Translations under genes and position numbers: made by a program | Shown: one piece after another, positions 51,537-59,919 of the stretch | Layout of the letters: every line of letters begins with the position of its first letter | Numbering within the stretch: position 1 is the first letter of the stretch | From: Nemertoderma westbladi | Taxonomy: Eukaryota > Animalia > Xenacoelomorpha | Direction: 5' to 3' | DNA length: 59,919 bases | Assembly: GCA_032718475.1 (NCBI GenBank) | Contig: JAUCBJ010007328.1 | Coordinates: 1 to 59,919, forward strand | Notes under the pieces: model-generated | What the model saw: the letters and a program-made list of their open reading frames with translations, nothing else | Told to the model about the DNA's origin: nothing | The model's database searches: none

Positions 51537-52436
51537 GGATATATATTTTTACAGAACACAAGCGAACACAGTAGAACACACCCGAACACACTCCAAAAAC
51601 TGCCGAACACAAACGAACACAGTTGAAAATAGAAAGAGCACAAAAAAATAACACCGGTTACCAACTTTTAGATAAAATTAGCCACGCGTTGCTTTTCTAT
51701 AAGAAAATTCCCGAAATTATTGAATAAAATTGTCGCGAAATTAAATATTCATTTCTTATCAGATCAGGCCTAACCTAAGCTGACAACTAATAATTGAACA
51801 TACAGTAGTAGTAGGCCTAAGTTATGTGTGGTTAGCACCGGGACAGAGATCCCTACCGGTACCTGACAGGGTAGGTACCTACCTAACCGGGACCCAGCTC
51901 TTTATATTCCAGTATAGCAGTAGGCAGGTAGGTACCGGTACCGGTACCGGTACCTATGTTGTACCGACGTGTTGTACCGTACATCATGTACAGTACGTAC
52001 GGTAACGGGCCTAACTTCCTAATTCATATCCTCAGCAATCAGTTCCAGACCAAGCTATTCCAGTACACAGGCAAACAGGTCTATTATTGTCGCTAACCCG
52101 CTATTACTATATATGTGACAGGTACGGTACCCGATACGTTTCCCTACAGAGTTTGATTATATACTGTACAGTATACAGCAGTACACAACAAATGATTGGC
52201 CTGGGCCTACCTGATAAGAAATGAATGTTTAATTTAGCGACAATTTTATTCAATAATTTCGGAAATTGTCTTATTGTAAAGGAACGCGTGGCTAATTTTA
52301 TCTAAAAGTTGGTACCCGGTGTTATTTTTTTGTGCTCTTTCTATTTTCGACTGTGTTCGATTGTGTTCGGCAGTTTTTGGATTGTGTTCGGGTGTGTTCT
52401 TGTGTGTTCGCTTGTGTTCTGTAAAAAGAACTATCC
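51537..52436. mobile_element. Non-autonomous MULE/foldback element, 900 bp, with ~220-bp TIRs
   Basis: GGATA...TATCC ends; 9-bp TSD TCTTCACAT (51528-51536 and 52437-52445); long inverted arms. Confidence 0.88.
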
Positions 52437-53404
52437 TCTTCACATGGGGCTAACTGCAAAGTGAAATACAGTATAACGGCAGAAAGTCTGGTATTTTTCA
52501 CATGGGCCCATGTGATATTGACATTTGTGACATATTCTTGCTAGGGGGCATAATCTCCTAGGAGATTTTGCCCGGGGGGGGGGGGCAAATTCTCCTGCTA
52601 CACCGTGATGTAAAACAAGGCAGAACCCCTATGGGACTCAAGCAGAGTCAATTAACATGCGCCCATCCCCCAGTGATTCAACTAAACTGCAGCGCCACAA
52701 ATCTACAAGAGACTTGATAAGTTGACCAATGGTTAATATTGAGCACTACTGTATTAGGCCTATGTAAATACTTATTATTGTATTTATCCAATTTTGGTAC
52801 CGTGTTTTTTATGTTTAGAGCTTAAATACACATTTCATAAATTACTCACACTAATTAAAAACTGTACACTGGAATGGAGTTTGGGGATTCCAGCTGTATA
52901 ATTTTTAACTACAATTAATTTAATCTTATAATAGAAAATATTTAATTTCCATGAAATGACACGCTAAAAATTCCGCTTTTTACTGCAATTAACATACAGT
53001 AATTTACTAATTAACCACACTCATAGAAACGTTCTGAAATTTTGCTACACCATTATAAGCGACCAAAACAATGTAGGCCCTACATGAAAAAAAATCGCAA
53101 TAATTTTTATTATCCGTTTAAATCCTTTTTTTGTCCTTTTTTTTTTATTTTTTTATGTCCTCCAAAAATCTAATGTTAGGTTCCCGTTCCATGCTACCGG
53201 TTTCTCTACTGCTGTTCTCTCAGGCTATCAGTACCGGTATTAGTATATATATGTAGCACTATTTTGCTGTATTGTATGTACAGATGTAGGTATAAAGCAG
53301 GCATTTCTGTATTTTAGTACCGGTACCGGCACCGGTACTGCTGTAGGCCTACTGTGAAGCCTACCATTTAAATACGGTACTGGTAGGCCTACCGGCTGAC
53401 CGGT

Positions 53405-53995
53405 GGTTTTGGTTAGAAAATCCCGCCTCATCTGTAACCTGCTCCTTTGCCTGATTTGGTAAAGTGACCGTTTATTGTTTTGGTTAGAAAGGCCCCCCTC
53501 TGTAACCTGCTCCTTTCCTTCATTTTATAAAGTGACTGTTTATTGCTTTGGTTAGAAAATCCCGCCTCTGTAACCTGCCCCTTTCCCTCAATTAATTAAG
53601 TGATCGTTTATTGTTTTGGTTAGGAAATCCCGCCTCTGTAACCTGCTCCTTTCTCTCAATTGGTAATGTTATCGTTTATTGTTTTGGTTAGAAAATCCCG
53701 TCTCTGTAACCTGCTCATTTCCCTGATTTGGTAAAGTGACTGTTTATTGTTTTGGTTAGAAAATCCCGCATCTGTAACCTGCTCCTTTCTCTCAATTGGT
53801 AATGTTATCGTTTATTGTTTTGGTTAGAAAATCCCGTCTCTGTAACCTGCTCCTTTCCCTCAATTAGTTAAATGATCGTTTATTGTTTTGGTTAGAAAAT
53901 CCCGCCTCTGTAACCTGCTCCTTTCCCTGATATGGTAAAGTGACTGTTTAGTGTTTTGGTTAGAAAATCCGGCCCTAACCTGCTCCTTTCCATCA
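53405..53995. repeat. ~68-bp tandem array (~9 copies)
   Basis: Unit gtttattgttttggttagaaaatcccgcctctgtaacctgctcctttccct... Confidence 0.93.
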
Positions 53996-55684
53996 ATTCG
54001 TAATTGTTTTTAGCTATAAAATGAGTGTTTTGCTACGTCATGTGGTAATCGATTATCGACAACAACCACAAACTATTAAATTTAGAGTCTTTTACCACAG
54101 GCGCATATGGAATTCTATCTCAAAATCTATAAATCATGGAATCATGGAATGTTTTGGCACAGGCATAGAGAAACCAACTGTTCGACAGACCAGAAATCAA
54201 CAAATTTGAATGTTTTGGCATAGGCATGTTGAAATCAACTGTCTGACAGTCCAGAAATCAGCAGTCTGACAGTTTGAAGAAATACATACATAAAAAGTCA
54301 TTAAAAGGACAATAAAAGTCATTAAAAGGACAACAAAAGTCATTATGCACAATTCGTAAAAAAAGGAGGACAAAAAAAGTCAAATAAAAAGACATAAAAA
54401 ATCACTGCCAAAAAAAATTAGCAAAAAATCTTGGTAGGAAGTTAACGAAACTGAAATTTATGTACAGTATTAACTCGATAGACTAGGCCCCTACTTGCTA
54501 CATGTCTTCCTACTGACAATATTTTTCTGACAGTAACTATCCCTTCTCTTCGAGCGGGCTCCTAATGAGTGTATTTGCGTTTTTTCAGAGTCATAAGCAG
54601 CGGTCATCAGTCTGGCAGTCATAAACAACGGTCTGACAGTCAAGAAGAAGTTCTTCAAGTCCAAAAAAAAATACAGAGCAGAAAAATAATTAAAAACATA
54701 CTGTACGTACAGGGCTTTTTAACTGTAAGCAACAAATGTAGGGCAAACAAAAAACTGCCAATGTAAATATATTTTTATCTTGGGCGCAATATAATATTTT
54801 GATTTAATTAAAGACTTAATTAAAAGTTGCATGTTAGAAATCCACCCCACCCCAAAAAAACATCCCCCGATCTTGCCGCGTGTTAACTTCGTGTCGCGTT
54901 TATTGTTTTGGTACCCTCAACTCACATCTGTAACCTTTACTAACCTGCGTAGAGCACGGTACAGTACAAAATACTATTCGTTTTTCTGTGTTTTATAAAA
55001 GGGGATGGGGGGGGGGGCGTTCTACTTACCGAACCAATCAATTTAAAAATATTACCTAGAGCTCAAGATAATAATTATCTTCAGCGCTCAAGATAAAAAA
55101 ATATATATTTCAAAATCTTCCTATATTAATTAATTGCATTCGATGCAGTTGATCAATTAATGGCCTACAGTATTTATCCAATTCAAATTAGGGGTGTATT
55201 ATGTCTCATAAAATTGTAATTAAATAGCAGATGCGTGCCTACAGTATATTGACTATTTCCTTATTAGTACGAAATAGCCACCACAAATAAATTCATTATT
55301 TTAGTTTTAGTTAACAAACTGGCTCCATTACATTGAAATCACCCAGCTGCAGTTTATAATAAATAACCATCCACTGAAGTGTTGGATTTTATAGATTATA
55401 ATTGATTTTTTAGGATGAAATTCAGCTGTTTCACCTTTGATACAGGGAGTATTCTATGTTGAGAACTCACAAAGGAAGAGCTCATACTATTATTCCACAA
55501 TCTTACTTATATAAATTGGAACCCATTGTTGTATTAATTCATTATATTCTAGTATTTGACTCGCGTTTACTTGACTACTGTATTTGTGTATGGTAGGTAT
55601 TACATACAGTACAAAGCAATTATTGCAATTCGAAATCGTAAATTAGTATTTTTGTAAATAAATAATTGGATAGTTATGCAGTGT

Positions 55685-55750
55685 TCACCCTTGGGAGTTA
55701 GTGTGGCGCTCTCTCTGCCTTCCAGGTAACAGCCAATAACTTTTTTTACC
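55685..55750 (+). mobile_element. SINE body fragment
   Basis: ccttgggagttagtgtggcgct...aacagccaa resembles 32476-32522. Confidence 0.4.
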
Positions 55751-57737
55751 CCATATCTGTTATCTCACCACATTCCTGTTATAACACCCCGTTTACACCA
55801 CTCCTTTCATCTTCCAAACCACCCACTTACTTACCCAATGTGTGTACCGCATTGACAGGAAATGCAAAGAAACAATAATCTCTAGAAACATTCTATAGGG
55901 CCTACTAAAACTTTACAGTATTCTTAATATTCGTTAACTGTAAAAAAATATTGTCTACAGGAAGCACGGTCACGGCCAAACGCGTTCTACAAAAATATTG
56001 TAATACAGTAGATACTAAGTCTAATAGTCTGATGGATATACAGTACCAAATCAATCGCCTTCCTACCATACTCACTCTGACTCCACATACTGTACAGTAA
56101 ATGATATCAGAAGTCACACATTGGTGTACAGTAGTGGTTGCATCTCCACATTAGATCCATCCATGGGCAGTTCATTTCGGCACGAATGCTTTAAAGGGTC
56201 TATCTAGCCAGGGCGCATCTCTGGGAGTTTCCTCTGGGGAGTATAGTTCTTGGAGGACCGCACTGGAAATTAGATTTTTTGCGTAATCCTTGGCCCTTTG
56301 GCCGAAGAGAACTTTACTTTTTTAGGTACGCGAAGCCCGAAGCGACAAACCGGCTCCATCCATCAATTAAAATTTAAAAACATCGTTTATTGGGTTATAA
56401 AGCCTGTCTCGATGACATCGTTGAACATCGTTTATTATGGTTATGGTTGTTAGGAAAGCCCACTCCTGTTCATGCTCTGTACGCGCTTTTGAAGACCTTT
56501 AGCAGTTTAACCTGCCAAAATTTATATGTCTTTTGGTTTATAAATAGACTTTAACATATGACAAGTATTTAATACCAATAAACACAACATTAGCCGAAGC
56601 CAGCCTAGTGCGCGTCCATTCACCCGCTGGATATACCCGGGAGACTGGATTCGGAGGGCTTAGATTTTTATTGCAGTGTAAGCTTACTGTATTATTCGAT
56701 TGATCGTTAATAAATAATTTCTGACCAATATTATTCACTTTCGGGAAATATTAACAGTTCCTTTAGGACGTGGCGCTCTATCTAGGTAAACAGAGATATG
56801 ACTTATACTAAACACAACGGTAAGACGGTAAGGCTTATGATTCACGTATGAGGCGCATTCTTTAGGAAATGCTTAGTTATCAGCCACAATCATGCACACT
56901 ACCGGTAACGCACAATACTACACACTAATCTGCCGACCGTCAATGAATTTTATCATACATAAAGAGAACAGCAATTGACTCATGTAGTGCCTATCAAATA
57001 GCATTAAATTCACTACAAACCACGATAATATAAGTCGCAATCGCTATATGTAACCTGTCTCTCTAACCTGTAGTGTATCAAGAAAATTGGGAAATTTGGG
57101 TTATTTATCGATGTTCTCCAAGTAATAATATTCAACCAACTGATACAAATAATGACAACAGTAAATAGCAGTATAATAATGTATGTTGAACCGGGTTGTA
57201 CTGGGTTGTAAGACTGATTGAACTGATAACAGTTATACGTTCTATAATCTAAGCCTACTAATGTTTCTTCTAAAGTCTGAAACGAATTGACTCCAGAGCC
57301 GGTGTTCTTGGCCTAGAAGGAACAACAAAACTATAACACAGAAAACTATAAGACTGAACACTCCTAGCACGATCTGTAGAATATCTCCACATCGACAGTA
57401 AAAATCGCCCTGATTGGCTGTTAAGCTGAACAAAGAACCATGTGTCCAACGGCCGTTTCCATGCCAGCAACCAGCTGTTAGATGTCGTAATCTGAATCAT
57501 CAAGGCTACACTGTGCTAGAGGATTTGACGCATTGCGGGTTTTGTGCCTTGCCATGTCCGCCAAAGCACACATATAGAAGAATGACTTTTATGTCCGTTA
57601 AAACACCCACACGGTACTTTGCGGGCAAGGGGACTGATTATATCCGCAAAAGCTTTTACACCGCTCCCAGAAAATGGGATTCAAGTCTATAAATATACAA
57701 AATCACAGTTTCTAATATACGTAAATACTCTAAACAG

Positions 57738-58622
57738 TTAGTCTTTCTTGCGCGGACGGCGTTTACGCAGTTTTTTAAAGCTGGCCAGAGTCTTTTTCTC
57801 TTTGGGGCGAGCCACTTTACAAGGAGGGCTATAACTCCTGGGTGAAGGGTGCAATATGATTGCATCAGAGGGTGTAGGATTATGGTCGGTGTATCCGCCG
57901 GTCGAAGTTCCGGGTTGGTTGACATCAACGTCGGGGGAGAGGGGTCTAACGGCCTTTAGAGCGCGTTTTAGGATGGCCGCTCTTACGGGTCCTTTACGAG
58001 TGGTCTGAACGAGAGCCGTGGGTGGACCATAGGCAGTCAGAAACTTCCTGGGTTTAATGGTTCTTTCCAACTCGCGTTCGCGGGCTCGGTATTCGTAAGG
58101 CCGTCGATATACTTCCTGTAACTCGGGGTGTGAGTTAACAAATAAGTCTCCATAGTGCGGATCCTGACGGATAAAATTGATTAAGTTATAGGAATGAAGG
58201 TCGCTAGGATTAACACTCCTGAGAAATTTGTGTACGAATTTGGTTGAAATACATTCTCCGACGCGCTTCAGTAGTTCGTAACTCGATATGCGTGATTTCT
58301 GTTCGACAGAAGCGAATAGATAAGGATGGAACGCAAAAACTCCTTCGTAAGCGCGTCCAGGATAATAGCGATGGCGCGAATCACAATGTAAATCAGCGTT
58401 CGCTTCCCAAGCTCTGATGTAACGTAGTGTGATCATTTCATCTACGCTTTCCAAATCGTGATTAAAAGGGCAATCGAAACTGGCGTGTCCCTTTAGTTGA
58501 CAATGGGGACATTGAGTCATAAATTGAGGGCAAACCGCAAAAATGTGCAAGTTATTGAGTCTGCAATATGCACAATAAATTTCCATCGCCGGTTGTTCGT
58601 GGAAATAGGAACAGCGGACGTT
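57738..58622 (-). CDS. Unknown protein, C-terminal part: two CCHC zinc knuckles and a basic tail
   Basis: CAYCRLNNLHIFAVC and CPHCQLKGHASFDC; KKLRKRRPRKKD end; long open frame in AT-rich DNA. Confidence 0.55.
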   Translation of the reverse strand, partial: NVRCSYFHEQPAMEIYCAYCRLNNLHIFAVCPQFMTQCPHCQLKGHASFDCPFNHDLESVDEMITLRYIRAWEANADLHCDSRHRYYPGRAYEGVFAFHPYLFASVEQKSRISSYELLKRVGECISTKFVHKFLRSVNPSDLHSYNLINFIRQDPHYGDLFVNSHPELQEVYRRPYEYRARERELERTIKPRKFLTAYGPPTALVQTTRKGPVRAAILKRALKAVRPLSPDVDVNQPGTSTGGYTDHNPTPSDAIILHPSPRSYSPPCKVARPKEKKTLASFKKLRKRRPRKKD

Positions 58623-59331
58623 TATGTCCATCAGTTTGTTGGTTGGGTCTAGGGCATTCGTCACAATAATACCAAAGACGTACGTCCTGTAGAGGAAACG
58701 CGGGTGATAGTTCTCCAGTTTTGCAATATTCTTCCATTTGTTCAAAACTATCCGGGATAACAGGTAGTGGACGATCGGCGGTAAGATACATCATAGTGAA
58801 ATAGAGCCGTTTGAGTTCTACAATCGGGTCATGATGTATACCTTGAGGATATCGAGTCTCTAGGTTCTGCTGACTGGCGATGTTGAGATAGGTTTCTCTC
58901 AAAAATTCTAGGTAGTCGTTGAAGTCGATGCGTTTATCCGGTTCTTCAACGCTTTCTCTTTCCAGTCTGTTACGAATAGAATTTTCGTGATCTATTCTCG
59001 GTTTATCGTTACGACTCCGCTGGGTATGGTATTTAAATAGAACCATTTCCCTTTCGGTGTCTACATCGTCCGTATCATGTAAATCGATAGGATGGCCGGT
59101 AGTTAGGAAGTCCATATACGTACCATTACGATGCGTATAGCAAGCGGTGAATTTTCGATAGTCCAATTCACGCGTAAGTTGCTCTTGGGACATCGGCGGT
59201 TCGATATAACGACCATCGTCCTCCGTAATGGTTGGATCGGCTTCACCGCGTATCAAGCTATCCACAAATGCTTGTAAAGGTAGAGTATATCGCTCCCTGA
59301 TACCAAGATCATCTTCTATCAACTCCGTCAT
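58552..59331 (-). CDS. Unknown acidic protein of 259 aa, probably the N-terminal part of the zinc-knuckle protein
   Basis: ATG start, protein-like composition, ends with an incomplete CDEC-x9-H knuckle overlapping the next ORF. Confidence 0.5.
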   Translation of the reverse strand: MTELIEDDLGIRERYTLPLQAFVDSLIRGEADPTITEDDGRYIEPPMSQEQLTRELDYRKFTACYTHRNGTYMDFLTTGHPIDLHDTDDVDTEREMVLFKYHTQRSRNDKPRIDHENSIRNRLERESVEEPDKRIDFNDYLEFLRETYLNIASQQNLETRYPQGIHHDPIVELKRLYFTMMYLTADRPLPVIPDSFEQMEEYCKTGELSPAFPLQDVRLWYYCDECPRPNQQTDGHKRPLFLFPRTTGDGNLLCILQTQ

Positions 59332-59919
59332 ATCTGCTATCTGAGTTTATTAATATCGAAATGAGTTTATGTTTAGGCTAGCGGGCGTCGCTGACTACCT
59401 CTCGTTGCCCCCGGACAGTGGGATTCTCAGCGCCGATGTACCGTCGTCGCGGTGTTTACGCCAACATGTAGCAACAGCACGACAACGATAACCGGCACAA
59501 GTCACTCCACTGTCCGTCCCAAAGGCTTGGATCCACTTTAGGTTCTTTCTATAGGAGAGTTGGGCTACTTTTACAATTGCGACTAGCTACTGTAAACATA
59601 CTTTAGCAGTAACATTCACCTATAAACACACAAATTCCAACACAACTGTCACCAATTGTACACATACAGGCCATTTGTCCGTTAGTCAGTGCCTTCCAGA
59701 ATGTCACGTTATTACTGTGTATCCTTGGATACTAACAGTGTGCTATGTATTCTCTATGCTATGCAATGGGACAAGCTTTCTATTGTTCTTTTAACTTGCT
59801 TCTAATTCTAGCGTGGGTGTTGCTATGGTGACATTTTTAAAGCTAGTGGTAGAATTAGGGTAATTCTCATGCATACAGATCTGGAATGCTATTTAATGGT
59901 AATTCTTTAATTGTCAATA

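Overview
AT-rich eukaryotic DNA, probably from an invertebrate animal (inferred from the gene set and TE types; not prokaryotic, no CRISPR). Five host genes, all on the minus strand and very intron-poor: DHTKD1 (2 exons), a TAF1C-like gene, SMIM12, MGAT2 and ATG12. The rest is mostly repeats: a full-length Ty1/Copia element with LTRs, TSD and a half-tRNA PBS; MULE-type and MITE elements with TSDs; a degraded RTE-like LINE; SINEs; several tandem arrays; and a ~4.6 kb tandem duplication. The most unusual features are: (i) a family of non-coding elements with a ~135-bp terminal hairpin, short terminal direct repeats and an internal motif complementary to their own predicted circle junction; (ii) an orphan frameshifted triple zinc-knuckle ORF near 58 kb; and (iii) two tightly spaced co-oriented gene pairs whose upstream regions share one sequence module. 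All coordinates were read by eye and no database searches were run.
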